Part shown: piece by piece, positions 38,514 through 47,956 of the stretch
Numbering within the stretch: position 1 is the stretch's first letter
Layout of the letters: the number at the start of each line of letters is the position of its first letter
From: Candidatus Daviesbacteria bacterium
Lineage (GTDB): Bacteria > Patescibacteriota > Microgenomatia > Daviesbacterales > UBA10151
Length of the DNA: 64,000 nucleotides
Assembly: GCA_016176405.1 (NCBI GenBank)
Contig: JACOXG010000010.1
Span: forward strand, 33,078 to 97,077
Direction: 5' to 3'
Made by a program: the position numbers and the translations under genes
Notes under the pieces: generated by a model
Seen by the model: the letters and a program-made list of their open reading frames with translations, nothing else
What the model was told of the DNA's origin: nothing
Databases searched by the model: none

Positions 38514-40403
38514 ATGATAAATGAATTCACATTTCTTCGAGTATATAAAGACATAGCATATCAAAAAGCATCAGAAACTGATGTTAATATGTTATACAAT
38601 GATTTGTCTAGTGATATTGGAGACAAGCCAGAATTCAATAAGTGGTTTGAGAATAAATATCCGATAAAGCTAGATAAGATTATTTCTATTGATGCTATTG
38701 CTCATGAGATTCATGCTAATGGAGATTCCGTATTACAGAAAATTTATCCTGGGGCTGACATAGATATATTTAAGTCGGAACTCGATAGACTGGCAGGTAT
38801 GGAAAATACAAATGATGTCAGAAAACTAAATAGGGGATTCTTTACAACTTTACTTAGTGACGGAGACTTGATATTTCTTGAAAAGCAACAAGTCGGAAGA
38901 ACGATAAAGGATGATATATTCCCAGCAATAGAAGAATATAAGAAACTATATGATGCTGGAATAGGGTCTAAGGGAGAATTGCTGACATTAGATAGATATT
39001 ATAGGGGGCAAAATAAGAAATACCATGATGATGTAATTAGCAAGGGGCTTGATAAAGACGAGAATGAGCCAATGGTTATTGGTGGCCCCGCATCATTAGA
39101 AATGGTTGATAAGGAAGGACATCTAATCACAGCTAAAGCTCTTGATGCAGCATTTTATAAGTTTATGAATCAATTTAGAACTCGTGATATAAACTTAGCC
39201 CATACGGATGTTCAAATTGGCTGGCCATTGCCTGCATATATAACAAAAAATGGTAGCGTATTCCAGTCTGGCGTAGATGATAAGGGGCTATGGGTTATAT
39301 CAGAATTAAGGGACGACAATAAGATAGCAAATAGGGTTGCAGAGCAAATAAAAGCAGGAGTATTTAAATCATATTCTATAGCTGGGAGCGCATCAAAAAC
39401 ACAGAATGTGCAGAAAGGGGCACAGAATTATACGCAAGTAGATGAACTTTCCCTACAAGAAATTACAATTTGTTTACCTTTCGGGTCAAAAATTTGGACT
39501 TTGGTAGGGCTAAAAAATATTGAAGACATAAAAGTCGGCGAATTTGTACTTACCCATAAAAGTAGATTTAAGCCTGTAGTTAAGACCTTTAAAAGATTTA
39601 CAGATGAAGAAATAGTAGTCTTAAAAACAGATTTTGGTAATGTTTTAAAGGCTACTAAGGAGCATCCGGTTCTAGTCAGAGAAGAGTTTGATGGACAGGT
39701 TAATAAAAATTGGGTTCCAATAAAGAATTTAATCCCAAGTAATGAAGTGTATGTGTATGATAGTTTGCATAAAAATTCGGTCTTTACAGAAGTTTGGATT
39801 AAAGAAATTAGTGTAGAAAATTATAAAGGGTATGTGTATAATTTAGCAGTAGAAGAAGATAATTCATATACTACGGAGGCTTGTGTAGTGCATAATTGCG
39901 AAAAAGGAATGAATCAAGGAGCACATTTTGATATATTGAAGGGAGAGAAAATGGCCTTAGATGAAATATTTAAAGGAGATTGGGACAAATATGCCGATTA
40001 TGGCAGTGGATATTATTACAAGTTTATAAAAGAAAATCCAGAGTTCGACACTAAAGAATTTCAAGAATATGTAATAGTACATAATAAAGCTGACAGAGAC
40101 TCTGGAGAATTGGGAGATATAGCCAATTTTGAAATTGATAGATTAGCCAATGAATTTGGTTCTAAAAACTTACAAAAGGGTATAGATATTACAAAGGAGT
40201 ATAAGGATATGAATGCATTTGATGCTCTACGAAAGTTCTTGGAAAAGGATGCTGATGATAGACAAAAGGCTCATAGAGAGCTTCTAGACAAGTATGGTTT
40301 TCCAGAAGATGGTGAATACAAAAATGTTCGGGAAGATAAGGATGATGAGATTTATCATTATGAACCGTGGACCGCTAATACCTCTGGGAGAATTAAAGAA
40401 TAA
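38514..40403 (+). CDS. Prohead (capsid maturation) protease containing a mini-intein
   Basis: VDKEG, NLAH, KSYSIAG, LQEITI|intein|CEKGMN..A.F. Confidence 0.8.
   Translation: MINEFTFLRVYKDIAYQKASETDVNMLYNDLSSDIGDKPEFNKWFENKYPIKLDKIISIDAIAHEIHANGDSVLQKIYPGADIDIFKSELDRLAGMENTNDVRKLNRGFFTTLLSDGDLIFLEKQQVGRTIKDDIFPAIEEYKKLYDAGIGSKGELLTLDRYYRGQNKKYHDDVISKGLDKDENEPMVIGGPASLEMVDKEGHLITAKALDAAFYKFMNQFRTRDINLAHTDVQIGWPLPAYITKNGSVFQSGVDDKGLWVISELRDDNKIANRVAEQIKAGVFKSYSIAGSASKTQNVQKGAQNYTQVDELSLQEITICLPFGSKIWTLVGLKNIEDIKVGEFVLTHKSRFKPVVKTFKRFTDEEIVVLKTDFGNVLKATKEHPVLVREEFDGQVNKNWVPIKNLIPSNEVYVYDSLHKNSVFTEVWIKEISVENYKGYVYNLAVEEDNSYTTEACVVHNCEKGMNQGAHFDILKGEKMALDEIFKGDWDKYADYGSGYYYKFIKENPEFDTKEFQEYVIVHNKADRDSGELGDIANFEIDRLANEFGSKNLQKGIDITKEYKDMNAFDALRKFLEKDADDRQKAHRELLDKYGFPEDGEYKNVREDKDDEIYHYEPWTANTSGRIKE
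39471..39896 (+). mobile_element. Mini-intein (142 aa, no endonuclease)
   Basis: CLPFGS start, ATKEHP block B, VYNLAVEEDNSY...VHN|C. Confidence 0.93.
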
Positions 40404-40408
40404 AGCTT

Positions 40409-40591
40409 ATGTTTCATATAGAAGTTGACAAAGAAGTAGATATTGCATATGTTACGTTTAACCATAATAAGGCAGAGTCTACGGAAGAAATAACGAATGA
40501 CATTATTGTGAACATAGATAAGGATGGAAATCCAGTAGGCCTGGAAATTATGAATTTTAGCTATCACGGAAGCCAAAAAGAGAATGATTGA
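40409..40591 (+). CDS. DUF2283-like protein
   Basis: D.EVDIAY...D.DGNPVGLEI. Confidence 0.75.
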   Translation: MFHIEVDKEVDIAYVTFNHNKAESTEEITNDIIVNIDKDGNPVGLEIMNFSYHGSQKEND

Positions 40592-40626
40592 ACATCCCAG
40601 GAAATTGTAGATAGAAAAGGAGACAT

Positions 40627-40830
40627 ATGTTTAAAGATGAAAATACTTCATTTGGTAGCACAATGATTAAAATCGAGAGTGTTAAAGCTTTGATTAAGGA
40701 AATCCATGATGAAATAGCTTTATCTATATATAGTGAAGCAGATAATATAAAATATATGAAGGATAGACTGCGGATAGTTTCTGCCTTTGCCAATGGGGCA
40801 GTAGAAATGTTAGAGAAGGAATACAAATAA
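40627..40830 (+). CDS. Small helical hypothetical protein
   Basis: AGGAG RBS. Confidence 0.55.
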   Translation: MFKDENTSFGSTMIKIESVKALIKEIHDEIALSIYSEADNIKYMKDRLRIVSAFANGAVEMLEKEYK

Positions 40831-40895
40831 ATTAAAACGAAGAAGGAAAAACCTAAGCCAAAGCCAAAAAAGTAAAACTAAATAAAGTATCTATG

Positions 40896-40947
40896 ATATT
40901 AGTCTGGAGAGAGAAATCTTTTCAGACTAATATTCTTTTTTCTTTTT
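40896..40947 (+). terminator. Intrinsic terminator
   Basis: 17-bp stem ATATTAGTCTGGAGAGA / TCTTTTCAGACTAATAT (2 G-U pairs), GAAA loop, then TCTTTTTTCTTTTT. Confidence 0.85.
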
Positions 40948-40965
40948 CTTTCAATATAATATAAT
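40944..40965 (+). promoter_or_regulatory. Repeated phage promoter (22-bp core)
   Basis: TTTTCTTTCAATATAATATAAT; ATG 6 nt after the last TATAAT. Confidence 0.7.
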
Positions 40966-40971
40966 ATATGT

Positions 40972-41634
40972 ATGGATATAAAAATGGTTTTGTCTTCAAT
41001 GCTTCTTATAACTGCCTGTTCTTCTGTGCAGCCGATGTATCAAGATTCAGAAAAAATAGTGTACAACTATTCAGAGGTAGTAGTTCCCCCAGTTATTTCT
41101 AAAAAGACTGAGGAGACTATTAAGACTATGCCTATTCCAACTCCCGAACCAGCCCCTATCTTAATGCCAGAGCTCGCTCCAGTAAATTATGATTTCTATA
41201 AAAAGCCAATTTTAGAGAGTGTAGATGAAGCAATACAGCTAAAAATATCTCCATTTAATGATGAAGTATCTGAACCATTACAATTTAAGCTTGGTGGAAG
41301 TGTTAGTAAAGATTACTTGGAGATACAGAATAAGAGTAACGCAAGCCTATACTTTGTGGCAATCAGAATAAATACAATAAATCAAATCTATAAGAAAGAC
41401 GGGGTCTACAAACCAATTCAAGAAATCAAACCTGGAGAAAGAATCAAAGTTTCTCTAGGGGATTTTGTTGGATTTAATTCAAGTGAAAAAATATCTTCCT
41501 TAATTCTTAGCTTTAGTGTCCATGAGATAAACAATTCAGTGCCAAAAGGAATGTATAATCATTATGTAAAGTCATTTCAAAAGAGTTTAGATTGGGACAA
41601 AGATATTCAATCTATAGAATATGTATCAAAATAG
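40972..41634 (+). CDS. Putative lipoprotein
   Basis: Signal peptide with LITAC lipobox; Pro-rich linker. Confidence 0.6.
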   Translation: MDIKMVLSSMLLITACSSVQPMYQDSEKIVYNYSEVVVPPVISKKTEETIKTMPIPTPEPAPILMPELAPVNYDFYKKPILESVDEAIQLKISPFNDEVSEPLQFKLGGSVSKDYLEIQNKSNASLYFVAIRINTINQIYKKDGVYKPIQEIKPGERIKVSLGDFVGFNSSEKISSLILSFSVHEINNSVPKGMYNHYVKSFQKSLDWDKDIQSIEYVSK

Positions 41635-41662
41635 AGGGAAGTTTTTTGGGAAATAATTTCTA

Positions 41663-42604
41663 ATGATTCATGTAAGATATGCCCCAAGCCCTACGGGAGA
41701 TCCTCATGTAGGAAATTTGCACACAGCTCTATTTAATTGGTTGTTTGTAAAACATTTTGGGGGGAAATTTACATTAAGGATTGATGATACAGACACTAAT
41801 CGAAATGTGCCAGATGGATTAGATAAAATTTTAGATAGTTTGGCGTATCTGGGGATGGATTTTAATGATGGCCCATTTTTTGCTTCTGATAGTTTAGACA
41901 GTCATAGATATGCCGCTGATAAGCTTGTTAATTCAGATAATGCATATTACTGTAATTGTACCAATGATGCTTTAAGGATTGCTAGAGAGTTCGCTGTCAG
42001 TAACAGAAAGGCATATAAATATAATAACCATTGTCGTGACTTAGGGCTTCGTAAAACAACGGATTCAGTTATCCGTTTTAAAATGCCATTGGATGGTGTC
42101 ACAAAATTTCATGATATGATTTATGGGGATATATGTTTTGATAATAGTCTGTTAGAGGATTTTGTAATTATGAAGTCTAATGGTTATCCTACATATCATT
42201 TAGCTACCGTTATTGATGATAATAGAATGAATATTACTCATGTTATGAGAGCCAATGATTGGATTTCAAGCACTCCAAAACATATCTGTATTTATAATGC
42301 ATTGGATTATGTATTACCTAATTTTGTTCATTTGCCATTAATTTTAGACAAGGATAGAAAAAAATTGAGTAAACGTTCTGGAGATGCTACATCAATTCTT
42401 TGGTATAGGGATAATGGTTATTATCCTGATGCCATGATTAATTTCTTGGCTTTACTTGGTTGGTCATTGGACGATAAAACAACAATTATTTCTAGAGCAG
42501 ATTTGATTAAATACTTTAGTCTAGACCGAGTTAGAAAATCGAGTTCCATATTTGATACTAACAAATTAGATTGGATTAACAAAAAGTATTCAAACATGCG
42601 ATAA
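41663..42604 (+). CDS. gltX: Glutamyl-tRNA synthetase catalytic domain only (no anticodon-binding domain)
   Basis: RYAPSPTG.PHVGN, RIDDTD, PTYHLA.VIDD..M.ITHV.R, KLSKR, NFLALLGW; ends at 313 aa. Confidence 0.85.
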   Translation: MIHVRYAPSPTGDPHVGNLHTALFNWLFVKHFGGKFTLRIDDTDTNRNVPDGLDKILDSLAYLGMDFNDGPFFASDSLDSHRYAADKLVNSDNAYYCNCTNDALRIAREFAVSNRKAYKYNNHCRDLGLRKTTDSVIRFKMPLDGVTKFHDMIYGDICFDNSLLEDFVIMKSNGYPTYHLATVIDDNRMNITHVMRANDWISSTPKHICIYNALDYVLPNFVHLPLILDKDRKKLSKRSGDATSILWYRDNGYYPDAMINFLALLGWSLDDKTTIISRADLIKYFSLDRVRKSSSIFDTNKLDWINKKYSNMR

Positions 42605-42631
42605 AAACATTTTCTTTCAATATAATATAAT
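42603..42631 (+). promoter_or_regulatory. Repeated phage promoter (29-bp copy)
   Basis: AAAAACATTTTCTTTCAATATAATATAAT; AAGGAGG RBS downstream. Confidence 0.75.
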
Positions 42632-42666
42632 ATCTGTATAGGGAATTTAGAAGGAGGCTTCAATAG

Positions 42667-42879
42667 ATGGCTATCAAATATGTTCCAGGTGAATGGTTGG
42701 AGGCTTGTGTAGATTCCCATTATCCTGGAACTAGACATAAGGGTTGCCCAGCAACAGCTATTGCCACATGGCTTCGACGTAGGGGGTATGTGGTAACTGT
42801 TCAACGGACAGCTATCAAAACAATGGCTCCTGGTGACTTGGTATGGGAGGCTCAAGTAGTATGGGAGGATAGGCATTAG
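42667..42879 (+). CDS. Hypothetical protein
   Basis: AAGGAGG RBS after repeated promoter. Confidence 0.6.
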   Translation: MAIKYVPGEWLEACVDSHYPGTRHKGCPATAIATWLRRRGYVVTVQRTAIKTMAPGDLVWEAQVVWEDRH

Positions 42880-43045
42880 AAATGGAGACTAGCAAGGACA
42901 GAGTTTTAAGGAAGCTAGGTTTAGAGAAATATGCTCGTTGGGACCGTAAAGATTATAATGATTGCTCAGCATGTCTTAGATGGGTTATGCATACGGAAAT
43001 TGAGCACAATCAGGCAGTAGAAAGGAATAGGAGGTCCAGCTACTA

Positions 43046-43246
43046 ATGCAAGCAGGAGTTAAGAAGCCAAAAGTAAAGTTAACTGGAACAGACGGAAATG
43101 TCTTTGCCCTAGCTGGTTTGGTAAATAGGGCCTTAAGAAAAGCTGGACAAGAAGATAAAGCCAAAGAGTTTTCTTCTAAGCTATTTAAGTGTGGGAGTTA
43201 TGGAGAAGCACTTAATTTAATGTCTGAATATGTAGAAGTATCTTAG
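43046..43246 (+). CDS. Small phage protein
   Basis: LTGTDGNVFAL...SY.EAL motif; AGGAGG RBS. Confidence 0.7.
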   Translation: MQAGVKKPKVKLTGTDGNVFALAGLVNRALRKAGQEDKAKEFSSKLFKCGSYGEALNLMSEYVEVS

Positions 43247-43261
43247 AAAGGAGATTGTAAA

Positions 43262-43549
43262 TTGGCTACTTCAATATGCAGAATGTGCGGATCTAAGGCA
43301 GAGGTCGAGACTTTTTATGCCTATGATTCTCATGCTGCGGGCTGCAAGGATTGCTTGAAGAAAATTAGTGATAGAGTAACAAAATTGTTGCATGGAATGA
43401 GAACAGAGAATAATGTATTCTATAGTCATGATAACTTGACAATATCAATTGAGAACAATGATTCTTCTGTGATGCCAAAGACAGAAGAGTTAGAATGGGT
43501 TTACTCAATTTCGGCTCCAGATGATGAAAATTTATTGAGCTATAAATGA
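43262..43549 (+). CDS. Zinc-ribbon hypothetical protein
   Basis: AAGGAG RBS; CxxC...CxxC. Confidence 0.5.
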   Translation: MATSICRMCGSKAEVETFYAYDSHAAGCKDCLKKISDRVTKLLHGMRTENNVFYSHDNLTISIENNDSSVMPKTEELEWVYSISAPDDENLLSYK

Positions 43550-43900
43550 GAATAAAGCCCACTATAATACTTGATCTAGACCACAAATGCTGGTGTAAAG
43601 ACTATTCATTAAGAATGTCTTTTCCCTCATGCCCTTGTGAATATTGTGAAGAGCATGAAGTTATAATAAATAAAAAACTTTGTTGTGAGTGTCATAATTA
43701 GAAAGGAATAAATAAAATGGTTGTTGCTGATACAAGATCTCTTTTCTCGAAAAGTATGGTATAATGCAGATTCTAGAATTGTATGTAACTATAAGGAGGT
43801 CTTATTGTTGATAGAATTTCTAGATTTACATGAAGCAGAGTTTACAATGGAAAGAACATGGCTTGGAAAGTTCATAGTTAGAGCCCCAAAGATGTAATCA

Positions 43901-44260
43901 ATGAGAATATTAGTTTGCGGGGACAGAAATTGGGTTGATAAGCTACTAATCAAAAGCGTATTAAGACAATTACTTAGTAAAAATTCTATAGACTATATAA
44001 TAGAAGGAGAGGCAAGAGGGGCAGATAGTTTGGCTAGAGAATGCGCCGAGGAGTTGGGAATTAAGGTATTGAAATTTCCAGCGGATTGGAAAAAGTATGG
44101 TAAAGCTGCTGGTCCTATTAGAAATCAACAAATGTTAAAAGAAGGAAAGCCAGATTTAGTATTAGCCTTTCATGATAACCTTCAAAATAGTAAGGGCACA
44201 GCAAATATGATAAAAATATCCAAAAAGGCAGGAATAGAAACTGAAGTCTATCATCATTAA
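43901..44260 (+). CDS. DUF2493/YspA-like SLOG protein
   Basis: ILVCGDR, GEARGAD, PADW..YG.AAGPIRNQQM, SKGT. Confidence 0.88.
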   Translation: MRILVCGDRNWVDKLLIKSVLRQLLSKNSIDYIIEGEARGADSLARECAEELGIKVLKFPADWKKYGKAAGPIRNQQMLKEGKPDLVLAFHDNLQNSKGTANMIKISKKAGIETEVYHH

Positions 44261-44296
44261 AAATCTATATAATCTAAATAGAAGGAGAAAAGTAAA

Positions 44297-44737
44297 ATGA
44301 GTGCTGATAATTACATTGAAGTTGTAGAAAAGGAAAAAGGCAAATTGTATGTTGGGTATATGCAATTTGCTAGTGATGAAAGAGCAGCCGAGCATCAAGA
44401 TTTGGAAGAGTTTCGTTGCACAACTTTAGAAGAAGCTATGGACAAGGCTTCTCAAATTTGGACAGCATATGGCATAACATATGTTCCATATGAGGAGCTG
44501 AACCATAAGGAGACTGTTAACTCTCAAGATAGGGAATGGTATAGCGCAGAAAGTTCTGCTCAAGACCATGTCTATGGAAAAGATTATTATGGAGACCCTG
44601 AATGCTCTGTATGTCATCAATGGGGAGAAGGATTTACTACAGAGTGCCCGAAAGTAGACATGAGGGAGGTTGTAGAGGATTTAATTAGTAAGCATAGACT
44701 AGATTATGTAAGTGGAGGATGGGTATTTAAGCTATGA
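44297..44737 (+). CDS. Hypothetical protein
   Basis: AAGGAG RBS; TATAAT upstream. Confidence 0.6.
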   Translation: MSADNYIEVVEKEKGKLYVGYMQFASDERAAEHQDLEEFRCTTLEEAMDKASQIWTAYGITYVPYEELNHKETVNSQDREWYSAESSAQDHVYGKDYYGDPECSVCHQWGEGFTTECPKVDMREVVEDLISKHRLDYVSGGWVFKL

Positions 44738-45000
44738 AGAAAGCAGTAAAAGTTCTTAGTGTGTCTAATGGAATTGATAGTTTTTTGGAGGAATTGAATC
44801 GAATGGATAAGGAAGAGCTAGAAGTTTTTAAGAGACAAGTATTGAATGACTTTAAGGCAGATTTATTGAATAAGATAAATGATTATCAATATGGGTTGAC
44901 TGAGAAGAAACCTATTTCTGATGAAGAATCTGTTTCCAGAACTGCATTTATAGATGGATTAGAAGTAGTCAAACATTTTATTAGAGACGGGCATGCATAG
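44734..45000 (+). CDS. Hypothetical protein
   Basis: ATGA overlap. Confidence 0.5.
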   Translation: MKKAVKVLSVSNGIDSFLEELNRMDKEELEVFKRQVLNDFKADLLNKINDYQYGLTEKKPISDEESVSRTAFIDGLEVVKHFIRDGHA

Positions 45001-45017
45001 AAAAGGAGAATAAAGAA

Positions 45018-46025
45018 TTGCCAGCCGAATTATTTGGGGAAAGATTCTATTCAAATCGAGCACCAGCATGGCATAATTTGGGATTAGTGTTAGATACTCC
45101 AATGAGTGCAGTAGAAGCTTTTAGGAGAGTCGGTTCATATACAGTGCATTTAGATGATTTAGTTACAGAGGATGCACATGACTTAAAGAAGAAATTGATT
45201 GTTAGAGACTCTACAGTAGATGATCAGAAATTAGTTGTGTTTGGAATTGTTGATTCTGACTATAATGTAATTCAACCAGAAGCAATATGTAGAGTATGGG
45301 ATGAATTTATCATAGACCCAGTAGAGACATTAGGGGTATTAAGAGAAGGTAGATTAGTATTTGTAACTACGCAGCTCGAATCCTTTTCCTTGAACAAAGA
45401 AGACGACGTAGATAATTATTTGATTCTTGTTCACTCTCTAACTGCTGCCCCAACAAAGGTAATGGTCAGTCCAGTCAGGGTTGTGTGCCAAAATACCTTG
45501 ACACTAGCAGAAGGAAAGGCAAGCAAAGCCTATAAGTTTAAGCATACTATTTCTGAGACAGAGAGAATTGGTGAGAGGCTAGTAGAACTACATAATAAAT
45601 CTAAGAATCAAATCATATCTATTAAGGAAGCATTTGAAATGCTTACAAAATTCAAAGTTGGAAAGGAAACACTTGATGCAGTTTTGGATAATGCGTATCC
45701 ATTTCCAGTAGAGCCAGACAATCCTACTGAAGAGGAATTAGGGGATTTCGAGAAAAAGAGGTCAATAGTAACAAGTAGGAGAAATGCTATAAATTCTTTA
45801 TTCAATGGTGATGCTACTGGAGGAAATTTACAAACGGCGAAAGGGACCGCCTGGGGACTCTATAATTCCATCACAGAATTTGAAAGTTTTAGAAGTGGGT
45901 ATAAAGACGAGGCCATAGGTTATGATTCTTTATTGGGGGGTAGGGCAAGAACAAAAGCAATAGCATATAAAACTCTCATGTCATTGGCTAGAAAAGAAGT
46001 AAAAGGAGATTTGGTAGTAATATAA
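45018..46025 (+). CDS. DUF932-family phage protein
   Basis: PAWH.LG, PVRVVCQNTL, GTAWGLYN.ITE. Confidence 0.88.
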   Translation: MPAELFGERFYSNRAPAWHNLGLVLDTPMSAVEAFRRVGSYTVHLDDLVTEDAHDLKKKLIVRDSTVDDQKLVVFGIVDSDYNVIQPEAICRVWDEFIIDPVETLGVLREGRLVFVTTQLESFSLNKEDDVDNYLILVHSLTAAPTKVMVSPVRVVCQNTLTLAEGKASKAYKFKHTISETERIGERLVELHNKSKNQIISIKEAFEMLTKFKVGKETLDAVLDNAYPFPVEPDNPTEEELGDFEKKRSIVTSRRNAINSLFNGDATGGNLQTAKGTAWGLYNSITEFESFRSGYKDEAIGYDSLLGGRARTKAIAYKTLMSLARKEVKGDLVVI

Positions 46026-46035
46026 ATATATGTCT

Positions 46036-46140
46036 GCGCTGCTTGAGGATGGTGAAGGCAGATATCCCAACCTCCTGGGAAGATTGATCCCCTGACAACG
46101 CCTAGTAGTAGACCCAAAAATCTACACTCCCAAGCAGCGT
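46036..46140 (+). ncRNA. Putative structured ncRNA with anti-SD-like loop
   Basis: Intergenic; 13-bp end-to-end stem, internal hairpins TCCCA-ACCTCC-TGGGA and GTAGA-N8-TCTAC; strand assumed. Confidence 0.5.
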
Positions 46141-46186
46141 ATTGTAAGAATATAGAATCTAAAGTGGGGGGGAAGAGAGAATGCAT

Positions 46187-46260
46187 TGTGGATTAGTATA
46201 ATGGTAGTACATCAGGTTTTGACCCTGAGAATTTTGGTTCGAATCCAGAATCCACAGCCA
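46187..46260 (+). tRNA. tRNA-Gln(UUG)
   Basis: Acceptor TGTGGAT/ATCCACA, G73, encoded CCA; anticodon arm TCAGG-TTTTGAC-CCTGA; GGTTCGAATCC T-arm. Confidence 0.95.
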
Positions 46261-46399
46261 TATGGATTAATGCCATAGAAGTCCAATTAGCATTTTTCAT
46301 TGTTTTTATTTTTGGGTTAGCGCTATTACTATTAGTATTAGGGCTTATAGAAATTCTTAAAAGTTGAATATAATATCTAAATAAGGAGAAAAGATTAAG

Positions 46400-47173
46400 A
46401 TGAGTGGAGTAAAAGGAATGCATAAATATCATAGTCAATACATTTTTGCTGCAAAGCTAAATAAGGCAGTCAGAGCAGGTAGATTTGCTGAGCTAATCAA
46501 GACAAAGACCCTTGAGCAAATAGCAGCATTAGAAAGTCCTCCGATTAGTAGAGAAAGAGTCCGACAGATTTTAGCTTCATTTGGAATTAGCTCTAGTAGG
46601 ATGAAAGGTTCTTCCAAAACTATTTGTAAAATTTGCGGGAAATTAAACAGGTCTTATTCTACTAATATTCATAAATCATGTATGTCAGAATATACAAGAC
46701 AAGAAAGACAAGAGCAAGCTGTATTGCATAATGTTAAATGCACATATTGCAATAATTTGATTGTTAATCGTAACCATGAAACTAGAACTGGACTTAATAA
46801 GCATGCACTAATATATACCCATTTTTTCTGCAATAATAGCTGTCAAGGGAAATGGATGGCTATAATTAATGGAAATGGAAAATTTAGTTTAAAAGTCCCT
46901 TGTTTAAATTGCCATGATCTTTTTAAGTTTGTACAAAATACAGAAGGCTTTAAAGTTTTTTGCTCTATAAGCTGCAATAGTAGTTATAGATTAGGCAAAT
47001 ATGCTTCTGAGACTAGGCACAGTATTTCAGAGCATAGAAAGAAAATTGAGTATACATATTTAGTTCAAAAAGTTAAATCCTTGAAAGAGGATAATAATAA
47101 ATTTGGATTAAAGCCTTATGGGGTAAAACAGCTTCAGAAGTATGCAAATAGACTCTTGAATTGGAGTAATTGA
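46400..47173 (+). CDS. HTH (sigma70 region 4-like) plus Cys-rich zinc-finger protein
   Basis: TLEQIA...ISRERVRQI; multiple CxxC and FCxxxC. Confidence 0.65.
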   Translation: MSGVKGMHKYHSQYIFAAKLNKAVRAGRFAELIKTKTLEQIAALESPPISRERVRQILASFGISSSRMKGSSKTICKICGKLNRSYSTNIHKSCMSEYTRQERQEQAVLHNVKCTYCNNLIVNRNHETRTGLNKHALIYTHFFCNNSCQGKWMAIINGNGKFSLKVPCLNCHDLFKFVQNTEGFKVFCSISCNSSYRLGKYASETRHSISEHRKKIEYTYLVQKVKSLKEDNNKFGLKPYGVKQLQKYANRLLNWSN

Positions 47174-47389
47174 ATGGGAAATAGAGAGCTAGAGCTTTTG
47201 AGAATGATAGCTTCAACCGATTTGGAAAGAGATGATGATCGGCGCCTTACCATGAAAGACAAAAGATCATTGAGGAGAATGTATCTTAATAAACTAATTA
47301 TGGCTGAGCCTGTTTTGTGGGAAGAAGGGCAACCATATGACAAGCTAATGGGATTAACTGAGAAAGGTAAATTATTTATAGATGGATAA
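47174..47389 (+). CDS. Small winged-helix-like hypothetical protein
   Basis: LTEKG terminal motif. Confidence 0.5.
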   Translation: MGNRELELLRMIASTDLERDDDRRLTMKDKRSLRRMYLNKLIMAEPVLWEEGQPYDKLMGLTEKGKLFIDG

Positions 47390-47606
47390 TCTTGAAGTTT
47401 TAACTTCGTCCGCAGTTTGTTGTAGCAAGGAAATGGATAGATTAACTGATGAAGTAGATATAGGAGTTGGGATTCAGACATTTACATACGGATTTGAATG
47501 TTCTGAGTGTAGCAGGATGCTGCCTGCATGTTTTCATTGTGGAATACCTGAAGATGGCAGGCAGCATTGGACAGGGTGTTTAAGTTTGAAGGAGATAAAT
47601 GATTAA
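47382..47606 (+). CDS. Cys-rich hypothetical protein
   Basis: Coupled ORF. Confidence 0.5.
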   Translation: MDNLEVLTSSAVCCSKEMDRLTDEVDIGVGIQTFTYGFECSECSRMLPACFHCGIPEDGRQHWTGCLSLKEIND

Positions 47607-47716
47607 AGAAGTTTGGGAAACACCCGATAGAAAACATTTTGTCAATAAGGAAGAGGCTGAGCGACATGATACATATTTATCTAATTTAGCTAAGCTAAAT
47701 AAGTTTTATCATTTAA

Positions 47717-47956
47717 ATGACGATGAAGGAGATACATGGTATTTTGTTAAGACAGAGGGATGAAGTAGCAAATATACAAGAAATAGCTGAGAGAGTGTTT
47801 CCTAGACTTAGTTATTTATCGGAGGGGGAGTGCTCTCCTGTGTGGCTTAATTTTCATACAGAATCTGGAGATCGAGATTATACATACATTAGAATTATGC
47901 AAGGGGCTACATTGAGAAAATTTGTGGAAGCATTTGATTATGAAGGAATAAAATGA
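47717..47956 (+). CDS. Hypothetical protein
   Basis: Coupled ORF. Confidence 0.5.
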   Translation: MTMKEIHGILLRQRDEVANIQEIAERVFPRLSYLSEGECSPVWLNFHTESGDRDYTYIRIMQGATLRKFVEAFDYEGIK

